Source of the DNA: Lama guanicoe
Taxonomy: Eukaryota
Assembly: GCA_013239625.1 (NCBI GenBank)
Contig: MU054400.1
Location: 603,146 to 667,145 of the forward strand
Direction of reading: 5' to 3'
Length of the DNA stretch: 64,000 nucleotides
Shown here piece after piece: positions 24,990 through 37,772 of this stretch (its first letter is position 1; the number at the start of each line of letters is the position of its first letter). Under the pieces are notes generated by a model. It was not told the DNA's origin. It saw nothing but the letters and a program-made list of their open reading frames with translations, and made no database searches. The position numbers and the translations under genes were made by a program.

Positions 24990-25590
24990 GTGCATCAGGC
25001 ATTGTTATGAGCCCTTAAAACGCAACAGTGATCAAAACAGAAAAAGAACTGCCCTGATGGATCTTAAATCCAATGGGGTAGGAAGGAGAGGAATTGACAA
25101 TAAACAAAATAGGTGCAATGTATGTTAAACAGTATGTTAGAAGGTGTTGAAGGCTAAGGAAAAATATTGGGTAGGGTGATGGGGATTGGGAGGGTTGCAA
25201 AGTTAAATCAGGGGAGTTCTATCAGAGGTGGTTCAAGCAAAGCTTGAAGAAGGCAGGGAGTAAGCCATGTGGGTGTCTGGGAGAAGAGGGTTTCAGGCAG
25301 AGGGAATAGGCAGTACAAAGGCCCTGAGGTAGGAGCCCGTCTGGGGTGTTTGAGGTACAGCAAGGAAGCCAGTGGGGCTGAAAGGGAGTGAGGGGTGCCA
25401 ACTGATAAGAGAAGATATGATACAGGCAACTGGGAACTATAATGGGTCAGGCCTTGAAGACCAATGTGAGAACTTGGCTTTTCCTCTAGTGAAATGGGAG
25501 TCACTGTAGGTTTGTGAACAGAGTTGTGTGTTAAAAGGATTGCTCTGGTTGCTGTGTTGAGAATAGACCTTGGACCAAGGCCAAGGGCAA
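24990..25590 (-). mobile_element. L2 fragment in SPINK4 intron 1
   Basis: caggcagagggaataggcagtacaaaggccctgaggtaggag, aggattgctctggttgctgtgttgagaatagac. Confidence 0.65.
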
Positions 25591-25823
25591 CCTTGGGAGT
25601 AAATGTAATTTTCCCCCACGTCATCCAGGAAGGAACTCTGACACCACAGGGTTCTGAACTCCTCCTTCCCCACATGCACTTTAGTGGTCAAATCCTGAAC
25701 ACTCGCTCTTGGTAGGGCGCTGCTACATGGGGGCAGAGACAAAGCAGCCCTAAGGCACGCAGGTCCATAGGGAGGCAGGAGTGACCCAGTGAGTGGGATA
25801 GCACATGGTGGTGGAAGAGAAGC

Positions 25824-26183
25824 TGCTATGGTCTGAATGTTTTTGGCCCCCAAAATTCATGTGTTGGAATCCCAAACCTCAAGGTGATGGTATTGGGAAG
25901 TGGAAATTTTGGGAGGTGATTAGCCCATAAGGTCAGAGCCCTCGTGAATGGGACTGGTGCCCTTATAAAAGAGGCCCCAGAGTGCTCCCCCACCCCTCCC
26001 ACCTGGCGAGGACACAGTGAGCAGGCACCAGCTACAAACCAAGAAGGGGGTTCTTTCCAGACACCAAATTTGCCAACGCCATGATCTTGGACTTCCACTC
26101 TCCAGAACCATGAGAAACAAATATTTGTTGATTACAAGCCACCCAGTTTATGCTGATTCAGTTACAGCAGCTGGACTGAAATG
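25824..26183 (+). mobile_element. MaLR solo LTR (MLT1A-like)
   Basis: tgctatggtctgaatg...cccaaaattcatgtgttg...atcttggacttcc...ccagaaccatgagaaa; GAAGC on both flanks. Confidence 0.8.
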
Positions 26184-26519
26184 GAAGCCCAAGTCCAGGC
26201 TTGCTCCGGAAACCCTGAGGACATTAGGGAAGGCTTTGTGGGAGGTTGTCTGTAAGCCTGGCTTTCAAGGGCGTGTGAGTTAATAGGAGAAGGGGAGTAA
26301 GGACATTTCAGGCAGAGGGACCAGCACAGGTCAACACAGAGCCTGTTCTGGAAGAGTGAGCAGAGAGGAATAGTTGGGGTGTGGGGGCATGGAGAGGTGT
26401 CCTAGGAAGAGCCCAGGGGGAAGTTTGGGATCAGCTCATGAGGGACCCTAAATATAAGATGAAGGGGCTTAGTGTTCATGACAGGGAGCCATGGAAGGGC
26501 TTTACATTTTTTAATGCTT

Positions 26520-26955
26520 TTGTCCGTCCTCCACCCCCAACAGTTACATCCCACAAAATGCGCAAATCTTATCATTCAATGAATCTTACTCAATGAGTTT
26601 TGATGACCTGTATAACCCAGACCCCTATCAAGATACAGAACATTTCCATCACTCCAGAAATTTCCCTCATGCTGGTCAGTCCCTGCCCCCACCCCACCCC
26701 CAGAGGCAACCACAGCTCTGACTTTTTCCTGCCATAGATTACTTTTCACGCTCTAGAATGTCACATAGATGAAACACGGTATGCATTCTTTTGTGTCTGA
26801 ATTCTTTGGTTCAGTGTGGTTTTGAGATTCAGCCATGTTGCTGCATGTTTGCTCATTTTTATTGCTGAGTTGTATCCTGTTGTACGTGTGTATCACTGTA
26901 TACCCATTTGTCTGTTGAAGGACATTTGGGTAATTTCCAGTTTGGGTAATTGTGA
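26520..26955 (-). mobile_element. Old L1 3' fragment
   Basis: cagaacatttccatcactccagaaa...gacatttgggtaatttccagtttggg. Confidence 0.7.
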
Positions 26956-27986
26956 CATGGGACGGTTTTGAGCAGGGTGGTGACAAAGCTAGATTTGCAA
27001 GTTGACACTTAAACAGGACACCAGAAGTCAATCCTTTTCCCCTCTACCTTGGCAATCTCTTGTAATAACATCTCCAGGAGAAGCTAAAACCACAGAGCCT
27101 TGCACACCTTCGGGGGTGGAGAACTCTCCACTTCTGGAGACAGCCTCCTTCATTAAGGTGTAGCTCCCACTGAGAGAAAATTCTGGAGCCCACACCTACC
27201 TCTTTGTAGCCTCCTTGTGCAGATGGGCTCTGCCCTGTGAGGTGGAGAAGAGCTCATCTCTCCTTTGGCCCCAGAACAGCCCTTGAGAGACTTCAGGGAG
27301 CAGCCTGCCCTTCTCCGATTTACACAGACACCTTTCCTGACACCTGTGGCTCCCGTTCCCTCATCCACCCATCATGCTCACCATTCCCATCACACTTTGC
27401 TCATGTTCTATAGGCAGTTCATCCAGACCTCGAGAGGCCATGGGGCACAACTGTGTGTGGGATGAGCAGGCTGTGGACTGAATGTGTGCAAATCCCAGCT
27501 CTGCCGGTGTGCTGCTTTACCTCTGAGCCTCTTTCATAGGTCGGTCACCTTACCTGGGAAACAGACTCTGGGATCTGTAGGCAGTTTACCAGGGAGTGCT
27601 CATGGGGCAACACCTGTGAGGGGTGAGGGGAACTGTGATGCAGTGGAGCGGGGATGGCCCTTTAGCATTGTTCTGAAGAGAGACAAGGAGTTCAGATCGA
27701 TGTACCCACATCAACCTGACATCGGATATGGGCTGTTCCCGCGTAGGGAATGTGACCTTGGGCAAAGCAGCCCTGTTTTCTGAGGGCAATTCCTAGGAAG
27801 GGACGCGATGTAAGCAGCTAAAACTCCTGACAGCTGAGGAAATGAGTGCCTCAGTCCTGCAGGTGGGATCTGGGGAGTGGACCACTCATCCACTACTGCC
27901 TCCTCTCCTCCCTGTTACATAGGGTCAGGGAGACGTGACGAGTAGTCAAGATCATGTGTTGTCAATGCCTGGGATACACAGTAGCT

Positions 27987-28053
27987 TTATTACTATATTA
28001 CTACTACTACTACTACTACTACTACTATTATTATTATTATTATTACTATTATT
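27987..28053 (+). repeat. (TAC)n(TAT)n compound microsatellite
   Basis: tactactactac...tattattattatt. Confidence 0.9.
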
Positions 28054-28292
28054 AAATATAACAATCCCAGTGGGATCTGATTAATAAGGAACAGCCTGGA
28101 TTTTCATCTTCCAAACTCGAGGCTTTCTGTCTCGGTTCTTGTAATACAAGGTCGCTTGAGTGCACTGCTTTCCCTTGAGAAATCCCAGACTGGGTAGTGG
28201 CTGGGGCAAGTCCCTGAAGAAGCAGTCCTCAGAACCCCTGGACCCAGAGCCTAGAGCCGAAATCATCTAATACTTTCTTCTTTGCCTTTCAG

Positions 28293-28333
28293 AAGGACCA
28301 GTGTCGGCAGAAAAGCCCGTTTTCTCAAGACTG
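28293..28333 (+). CDS. SPINK4: SPINK4 coding exon 2
   Basis: Pyrimidine tract and CAG acceptor; (E)GPVSAEKPVFSRL; donor GTAAGG; phase fits exons 1 and 3. Confidence 0.92.
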
Positions 28334-29187
28334 GTAAGGGGGCTATTGCAATTCTAGCCCCAAGGCTGCTGTTCGGCCTTCCCGCTACAGAGGGGACCCC
28401 CTCATCTGTGGTGTGAAACCAGGGTTTTTCTTCTTTACATTCCTGCTCATATATCATCGGTGCTTCCACGGCAGCCAGGGTAGCCTCCTGAGCCTGCATG
28501 CTCCCCAGGTTAGCCCTTCCAAGCAGGCCCAGCCCCTTCGCCAAAGTTTGCACCGCTAATCAATGCAGAACTCAGGTCTCTGGGGCCTGGGACCATCACT
28601 GCTGCACGGCACTGCCTCCCTCTCCTAGGCCCTACCCCAGGCCCTGATCGCAGTCCTGGCCCACTTCTTTCCCTGACCACAGGGCTGCCTGAAACCCTTT
28701 CAGACTGAGCCTCAATTAAGTCTCATTTCTCCAGCCTTCTCACACCAGGGGCCTGATAGGTCACGCGGGCCAGGGTGAGTTCTGCAGCCCCCAGAGAGGA
28801 GGGGCCTCCCGGGAATGATGGGTGGTTCTGTCTCCCTGGGCCCTCAATAGGACCAGCGGCAGAGCTTCTAGCTGGACCCTGGAAGGAGCGTATGAGCCCA
28901 CAGACACAGGCACACACCTAGAGGCCCGCATACTCGGGCTCAGCAGATATGGTACACACTTATGTACACACCCACGGCCACAGCCACACACACGGTCATG
29001 TACACGTACACAAACATGCCAAGGGGCCTTGGTTGGTTTCATGCTCTTTGGACCCACACTGGGGCCTTCTTGAATCTGGCTCCTCCCTGGAGCCCCCCCG
29101 GCTCTAAGCAGAATCCCTAGATCCCTCTTCTCTGCCTCGGAATCCCTGAGTGCCCTCCCTCCATCCCTCTCTTCCTCTCTTCCACAG

Positions 29188-29300
29188 CCACTCTGTGAGC
29201 ACATGGCAGAGCCTCCTAAATGTCCCCTGACATACAACCCAGTCTGCGGCACTGACGGGGTCACGTATGACAATGAATGCAAGCTCTGCGTGCTCCGGAT
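29188..29300 (+). CDS. SPINK4: SPINK4 coding exon 3 (Kazal core)
   Basis: [37 protein letters not shown] contains the Kazal signature VCGTDGxTYxNEC; CAG acceptor and GTAAGT donor. Confidence 0.97.
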
Positions 29301-29870
29301 GTAAGTCCACCCCCACCTTCCCCTCGGCCTGCTCGGGTGGGCTCCATCTATGGTGCACACGAGTCTGAAAGGAGCAGGACTTGACCTGCCTCTTCTTTCC
29401 TTCACACTTGGGCTGGGAAGAGAGCTCCAACGTTTCCCCATAACAGAATGAGTACAAGTATAATTCAAAAGAAGGCATATGATTCCAAAAAAAGAAAGCC
29501 CGCTGGTGGGTGGCTGGGGGTTGGGGCAGAAACCCTGGGTTCTTTTCCTTGCTCTGCCCCCGACTGACTAGGTAATTTGTTCATTTATTCCTCCAGCCAG
29601 CAATTACTGTTTGAACACCAACTATGTGCTGGGCACTGGGGATACAATAGGGCAGAATAAGCTAGGCAGCATTACTGGCCTCCTGGGGCAAACCGTCAGC
29701 CTACGGGGAAGCCAAGCTGAAGGTCAGCCAACTGCAGCACAGATGCCAAAGGCTCAGGTCAGGGAACACATGGCACCGTGGGTGCCAGGCAAAGGGCAAG
29801 GGCAGGGAAGGCTTCCCAGAGGAGGTGACACCTCAGCTCAGCCCTGAGGAATAAGTAGAAATTAGCTTGG

Positions 29871-30027
29871 CAGAGGGGAGAGTATAACTCAGCAGTGGGG
29901 TACATGCTTAGTATGCATGAGGTCCTGGGTTCAATCCCTGATATCTCCATTAAAAACGCATGTGCGCACGCATGCACGCACACTCACACACACACACACA
30001 CACACACAAGCAAAAACTGTAAAGAAA
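29871..30027 (+). mobile_element. Vic-1-like SINE with (CA)n tail in SPINK4 intron 3
   Basis: tRNA-like head; TSD AGAAATTAGCTTGG (29857-29870) / AGAAATTAGCTAGG (30028-30041). Confidence 0.85.
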
Positions 30028-30865
30028 AGAAATTAGCTAGGGAAAAGGGAAGCTAATTCCAAGAGAAATAAGTTTGGAAAGATAGAGAAAGTGAAAATTT
30101 TTTTATTTGAGGAAATGTAAGAAATTGGATATGCTAGAGCATCAAGTTTAAAGGATAACAGGGGGAAGTAAGAGATGAGTCTAGAGTGAGCAGGGCCAGG
30201 ACATGACCCTGGTACCTCAGCTCTTCTATTTGATTTCATTTCTTCCTTAATAAGACCTTGAGCTGACCAGAGCTAAGTAAGATCATGGAAGAGAAGAAAG
30301 TCTTTGGAAGCTGCAACACCCTCGACAGAGAGGCAGGAGAGCAGCAAGACACTGCCCTAATGTAGAAAAAGATCATGATTGGGCGTAGAATTGACAGGCT
30401 GTGAGACTGGATGTGGCTGGGGCAGGGCAGGGAGGAAGCAAGAGCAACATGCTGGTTTCTAACTTGTAGGCTTGAGTGGCTAGTGGTGCCATAAGGGGAG
30501 AGGAGCAGGGGTGTGTAGCAGGGCTGTGGGGCAATGATGTTTGTGGATGGTCGAGCCTCCAGGACATCCCAGAGGGAGGGAAAAAGTAGAGTTCAAGACA
30601 GAGGTCCAGGCCGGAGACAGATTTGCAGCCATCAGCCCGCAGAGGTGGTTGGAAGCCCATGAAGCTGAAACCTCCCTGGGGGAGGGTGTACAGAGGGAAA
30701 AGCTATTGAAGGATGTGCCAGGGACCCCTGGGGCCTGCCCTGCACTGTACACTGGGTGGGTGGGCAGAAGTCAGCAGGGCATCTGAATGGACTGGGCTGG
30801 GGTTCCTGGAGGGTATGTGACAGTTCCTGAGGAGGTGGCCTCGTCTTTGTCTGCTGTGATCCTAG

Positions 30866-30911
30866 AAACACCAAACAGGACATCCAGATCGTGAAGGATG
30901 GCCAATGCTGA
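30866..30911 (+). CDS. SPINK4: SPINK4 coding exon 4
   Basis: TAG acceptor; (I)NTKQDIQIVKDGQC-TGA; AATAAA at 30986-30991. Confidence 0.95.
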
Positions 30912-30985
30912 CCACACAGGAGCTCCTTAAGCCATGAAGCTTCAGGCTGGAGAATGGTGGTGGGCGTGGAGATGATATGACATGA

Positions 30986-30991
30986 AATAAA
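30986..30991 (+). terminator. SPINK4 polyadenylation signal
   Basis: AATAAA 75 nt after the stop codon. Confidence 0.75.
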
Positions 30992-33299
30992 AGACCCAGC
31001 CCAACCCCGCCAAGTGGGTCAGTGTCTTTGGGGACCCAGGGGAGGTGGCTGGGATGGGAGGGGAGGGTTTTGCCCTGTCCTCCTTACTCTGAATCTGATG
31101 TACTCTCCATCTCTGCATCTCAACCCTGCCACACATTCCCCTAGAGGTCCCACACGTCTCTGCCTTCTTGAAGGGGTCAGGGCTCTGAAAGGCCAGCCCC
31201 TGTCCCCAGGACTCTGCCCAGCACTCCTGTCTCACCCTCCTGGCTGATACTCAGGCAGTGTACATGGTGCACATGAACTGCTTATTAAAATATTGAACTA
31301 GGACCGTAACTGTTGAAAACAGGTGCTCTCCCAAGCCCTTGAGTGTCCCCCTGCACCCTGGCCACCCACAGCAGGTTGACTTCCAGACCCTGCTCTGCTC
31401 TTTTGGTCAATATCCACTCCGACTGCTTGTTAAATATGTCGATATTAGACATAACCTCAGGCATACACAGCATACACGCACTCACACAGTGGCTGACAGG
31501 AACACACAACATCCAGAAATCCTACCATAGACAGAGATCTCAGCCCATGTCAAATACCCACTCTTGGCCAAATTTTATAGGAGGAGCCTCTTGATAGTGG
31601 TGACGAGGGGAAAGTGTGTGGAGAGGGGCCTGGCCAGGTAGTAGCAGTTTCACATGGACTCAGATTGCTGCTCTAGGGAAGGCAGATAGAGCAGGAAATG
31701 CTCTGTGGGAAAACACACACTGGGAAGGAAGTGGAGTCAGGAAAGATAGGAACCAGCATTCCCTGGACCAGTGAAACGGAAACTTGGGCAGGAATTGTTG
31801 CTGATAGATCTGCAGGTGGCAGAGACTGAGAGGTCGTCCACAGACCCTTCTACTGCTATTGATAATAGAAACTTGTTTCAGGATATAGGATTAAGTTTGG
31901 CTGTGAGAGACTGAAAAGCCAAAATAACAGTGGCTTAAACAGATAGAAGTTAATTTCTCTCACACACAGACCTATGTAGTATACTAACTTCATGCTCCTT
32001 TTATATTGTTACTCTGTCATCCTCATCAGTTTCCACCTCAGTGTCCAAGATAGTTGCTCCAACTCCAGCCATCATATCTATATCCAACCCACAGAAAGTG
32101 GCTAAGAAGGGCACTCTACTGCCTCTGAAGATACTTCCCATAAGATGTATGCACTCTGTTTACATCCCATTGGCTAAAATATAGTCTCTTGGCCATGCTA
32201 CATTTGTAAAAGGAGACTGGGAAATAATTTTTACCTGGTTGGTTATGTGCCAAGCTGAAAATTAGGAGTTCACTTAGTGTAGAAAGAGAGTGGATATTGG
32301 TGACATCTAAGTCTCTGCCCCAAGTGGGAAGTCCCTTTTACACCCAAGTGGCAGAGCTCAGCCAAGCTCCTCCTCAGCGACCCAACACTCCTACGATGAG
32401 GAATCACAAAGGTTCAGTTTGAACAATGTGCCAGACACCACACAGAAATACCCAGTTCCCCACTTTAGAGATGTGGAAACTGGCCACTGTCTCTTGGAAC
32501 CACCCTGAAACCTAAGTGTGGGCCCCAAAAGGCCTATTTATGCTATGTGACCCTGCCACCCTGGACATTGCTACCGAAAGATTCGTCTCCAGATTTTCTA
32601 AATTGGAAACAAGGAAACGGAGGCAGTTCCTCTCTGGTAGTGAAGCCTTAAGATGTGCCAAGTGGGGACAGTGGGCAGTCATGTTTCTCACTTTGTGGAA
32701 GAGGCAGGACCGATTGAATGATGCTGGCAAGCAGAGAGATATGGGGAGTGATTCCAGGCAGCATTTGTGTTCCTGAATCCCAGCTGCCCTTGAACTTTGC
32801 AAAGTTACATGAGATAACTTGACATCCTACCAATACATTTTCTATTTTGACAATCTCTTTGGAATAAGTTTTTGGTATTTTCAACTGAGAGTCCTGACTA
32901 CCAGATGATGAATGGCTTCCCAGAGAGGGTAATCTTTAAGCTGTGCCTTGAGGGACAAGTAGAGATAATTCACTGAACAGACAGTGAGTGGGAGAATTCT
33001 TCCAGCTCTGCGAGGCTAAAGGATGTTTGTGGGATCAGAGCCGCATTTGTTCCCCTGCGACAGGACGGATCATGCCCTGGGGAAGTGGGCAACTAAGGAG
33101 TGCTCTTTCCCTGTTTCCAGGCGGCGATGCCCTGTGGATGTGCACATTACCACTCTGCTCATCTGCTGGGCAGCCCAGGCCTCAGGGGGCTTTTCTCCAC
33201 CCTTAAATAAGACAATGGCTACTGATGTTATAAATTCCAGTGCTGACAGAGCTTCAGTGGTTGAGTGCAGCTGTCGAAATTTCACTATTGACGTGTGCA

Positions 33300-33960
33300 G
33301 TCAACATTCATTCATTCTTCAAATATTTATTAAGCACCAACTATAAACCAGACAATGTGCTTGAAATACACAAAGCTCCTTAACCCAAGGAACTTACAGT
33401 CTAACATTAAAGGCAAATATTAATCAAATAATGCCACAAATAAATCATAGACCATGGTAAATGCTCTTCATCTTAAAGAAAAGTTACAGCAAGCTATGAG
33501 AGGATATCACCTGGGGGCTTGATATGTTCTCAGACACTGGGCGAGGCTTCTCCAGGAGGAGACACTTCAGTTCTGAAGGATGAACAGGGGTTACTGAGGA
33601 AAGGGGTTGGGGCAGGGGAAGGATGCTGAGGAGCTGTCCAAGCAGAGGAACAGCGTGTGCAAAGACCCTGTAGCAGGAGAGGGCACAGAGCAACTGAGGA
33701 TCTGAACCAGACCAGAGTGGCTGACAGCAGAGAGCAAACAGGAGGGTGGCCCCAGATGAGAAGGGAGGAGGGTAAGGACTTTGGCCTTTACCCCGAGAGA
33801 AATGGGAGCCGCTGAGGTTTTTAAGCAGGGGACTAACATGATAAGATGCGTACCTCATGATCACTCAGGCTGCTCTGTGGAGAATGGACTGGAGAGGGCC
33901 AGAGAGGAAGGGCGGAGACCATCATGAGAGATAAACAGAAGGAAAAGGAGGGAGGAGATG
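33300..33960 (-). mobile_element. L2 fragment between the SPINK4 and BAG1 3' ends
   Basis: cattcattcattc...atttattaagcacc...cagaggaacagcgtgtgcaaagaccctg. Confidence 0.65.
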
Positions 33961-35480
33961 AGAGTGTGAGCAACCCCATGTTGGCTGGGAGGCAAAATGG
34001 TAGAGGTTTAGAATGTGGGCTCTGAATTAAACTGCCCAGTTTGTGTCCTGGCTTTGTCACTATGACCTTGAGCAAATTACCTAAGTTCATCTCTGAAACA
34101 GGGATAGGATCTGTCTACCTCCTAGACTGTGTGAGGACTAAATGACAAATACATCTAAAGAACTGAGAATGGTATCTGACACACAGGAACTTGCTGTGGC
34201 CCAAGGCCACCCAGCTACTACACAGAAACAGATAAATACTGAACTGCTCTCACTAAAGTCAGGGTGGGCTGGTGGGGCCCACAGCCTGTCACTCGTCCGC
34301 CCCTGCCACCAACCTGTCCTAGTCCCACCCCCGCAGCCCTAAATTCCTAGGACTTCACTGACTCCTTCTCTGCCAAATAAGGTTGGCCTCAGAGTGGCCT
34401 GCTGGGAGTCTCTCCTGGGCACTGTCCAAAAAAAATGGCATTACAGCAGCTGACCCGTTTAAGAGTTCTAGCATGCATGGCCACTTGTGACATTACTAAA
34501 CAGAACCAGACTAGAACTTCAGAAGGCTTTTGCTTCTCTACACTTCAACTACCAAAAAGAAAAAAAAAAGTTGAAACACCCTTTCTGCTTGCTGATGTGT
34601 CTATAAACTGGTAGGTTTTTTTGATTTGTTTTTAAATAACAATGAAGGGAAAAAAGGACACAAAACAGAAACGGCCTTGAAGGAAATACAGATCTCAGAA
34701 GGGCACGGTTAACAGAAATGCCTTTGAAGGAACTCCTGAGGAGTCTGTGGTTGCCCTCACCACCTTCCTGCTCTACCCACTCTGTCTCCCTTCTCTCCCC
34801 CTCCTAAGCCACGGTTCTGACCTGGTTTCAAGCAGAGACTTAGTCAACTCTGGGTTCTAACCTTCTAGACGTTTGCTGGTCACAGCCTGTGGCGTGTCAG
34901 GGTCACTGGCAGGTGAGGACAGGGTCTATGGACCAACAACCCAGCCAGCTGATCCAGAATTAGGTCACAAGAGATACTTGGAGAGAGAGATTCTTGGACT
35001 GCCTGCCTGCCAAAACACCTGTTCCGAGCCATTCCCAACATTCCTAACCAGATGAAGGCTCCTGGTGATTCTGGTTTGAAAGAGAGGACTATGGGATCAT
35101 AAGGACAAAAAGGCCCCACGTATCTGACTGAAGACCAGAGCGGCCTATACGCCCAGAACTACCCCAGGACAAACGAGAGCTATCACCAGCCCAAAGAAAG
35201 CACTTACGGTCAAAAGAGCTGGGAAGACTCGGGCAGGTGAGGCCCTCTCCAGACAAGACGGGCTGTGGGCAGCACAGACACTCAGAGACGGAGTGTGAAA
35301 CTGACAGGAGTGCTAAAGATCGCGTAGACAATACTTGTTCATTGAGAGCGGGTGTAAGGGAAGGGAAACTGGCAGTTGGCCATAAGTCCCCAGTAGCCCT
35401 GGAGAAATCAGGTAACGTCTGTTCCAGAGAGGGCAGAGCTGGCGGAGTCATTCTTCAGGGTAGCATCTTTCTGCCTCACC

Positions 35481-35627
<147 letters not shown>

Positions 35628-36089
35628 TTATAGCCTCAAAAGGCTCTTTGCCCAGTCATTCTGGGGAGCTCGTTATGGCTGAAACAGGCCGTGCAGGGAT
35701 GGAGACGGCCTAGGTTCCAAAGCAAGGAGGGGAGGGAGACGGAAGCACAAGACCACGGTTTCTGACGATGCTCTAGGCCAACAACCCTCAAAGCGGGGTG
35801 AGGACAGGAAGTCCTGCCACTCCAACTGCACGATTTCAGGGGGCCCTGTCCACATGGAATTGTGTCACGTGTCAGTCCTATCTGCTCTCCAGCGATCTTT
35901 CTTCCCAATAGGTTTAAACCCAAATTTAATTACAGGACATAAAAGGAGCTCTTCGCTTATGTTCTGGGTTTATGCTGAGAAATCACCACCCAGAAAAGCC
36001 CACACCACACACAATTCTACTCTCCCCTACTTTGAATAGATACACACACCAAAACATTACACTTTGTGATGTTCTACCGCACAACTCAC

Positions 36090-36152
36090 CTGAATCCTTT
36101 TCACCAAACCTTTCCTTTTCAGTCTACTGTCTTTGAAATTTTCTGGCAGAAT
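36090..36152 (-). CDS. BAG1: BAG1 exon 6
   Basis: ILPENFKDSRLKRKGLVKRIQ; TAG acceptor and GTGAGT donor. Confidence 0.96.
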
Positions 36153-36944
36153 CTATGGAAGAATAAGTTGACACATAAATAATCTTCAGTGAAAATGACA
36201 TAAGAACACAGCACTAATACCGATAGTACATCAAACAGACCACAGGTCACCAATGTGAATGAGATGTGCATTTTCAGGAATCACTTCCCTGGGTCTGTAC
36301 CCTGCACGGCCCTTCCCGTGGCTCTCATTCCTATAAAAGCGCCCTTTGTTCTCGATGTCTGGGCCACAGATCTGTAACATGGACTTTGTCCTTTCACTGT
36401 TTCCTGTGCATGGATACTATGTCCTAGCTAGACCATGAGCTCACTGTGGCAGGAAAGCACCTTCTGCTGCTGCTTTACAACCTCCCTCACACTCCTCCTC
36501 GAATCCCAAGCAGAGTAGTTCACCTTCAAGGTCGAGTCATCAGGCTAGAAATATCACGACTGTGTCATCTGTTGGAGGGAATGTGGACTCAGGGATTCTC
36601 AATATCCTCACAAGAGCTGGGTCCGACTGAATCCTGTCTGTATAGGTAGGTAATGGGCTCAGCGGAGTATCAGACACATGAATTTCGGGAAAGTGGAGCC
36701 ATGTGTTTCTCTGACCATGAGACCATGGACCATTTGGTCCCAGCTGCATGATGACTAGATGTTAGCATGCATAAATAAAAATGACAAAAACCTTATGTTG
36801 ATGGGACATGAAAAATTGGGAACCATCTAATCTTTCTGTGTATTCACTGAAGACCTGGCAGTGTCTGGCACACAGCAGGTGCTCGGTATCCTCAGGCAGT
36901 AAGAGAGCAACACTGAAAGAGTAAAACTGACTGAAATATAGTCA

Positions 36945-37100
<156 letters not shown>

Positions 37101-37772
37101 TTATCTCAAGGGTTCCTTGAGGCTGATGGAAAACTCCAAGCCAAGGCACTGATGAAGCAGCCATTCCCTGAGTCCATGGTCCCCAACAGGCTGGTCCAGA
37201 CCTCAGGCCCACAACTTCACCTCTTGGGAAAAACAGAAAAGCTGGCCCTGGGCCACCCCAAGCACTGTAATAGGCTGCAGGCCACTATGTCACGTGGCTA
37301 CTGGGGCTACAAATGCCTCTGGAGGCCTGGCTCCGGTGAAGCCCCCGCCAGAGTATATCCGCACATAAGACGCAGACGTTAAGAGCACAAGGTTTAGAGT
37401 CTGATAGGCCTGGGCTTCAATTCTGACTGCCCTGTACTGGCTTCTGATCTTGAGCAAGTTACTTAACCTACCTGTGCCTCAATGTCCTCATTTTTAAAAT
37501 GGAGCTCATGATACTCACACTAGAGAGGGAGAGGGTTACTGTGAGGATCAAGGGAAATATATGCATATCTTAATATAATTCCTGACACAGACGTATGCTA
37601 ACAATTGGCACTTACTGTTTATTCACATTGCTTGGCCTAATGACCAGTTAGCTGGTGACAACAGGTGAATAACAGGGATCTCTGAGAATATTTACCAAAG
37701 CCAAGAGCTACAGATGCAGATTTGACAACATGTAATAAACATACATCCATTTTTATAAAATGAAGGGATCAA

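Larger units (their letters stand above)
24398..30911 (+). other. SPINK4: SPINK4 gene span (start to stop codon, 4 coding exons, 86 aa)
   Basis: Spliced product [86 protein letters not shown]: signal peptide plus 6-Cys Kazal domain; adjacent to BAG1 as in other mammals. Confidence 0.96.

Noticed and set aside
28761..29468. 235-aa minus-strand ORF over SPINK4 exon 3
   Set aside because: No recognisable domain, low-complexity CV-rich stretch from CA-rich DNA, and it is antisense to a well-supported exon.
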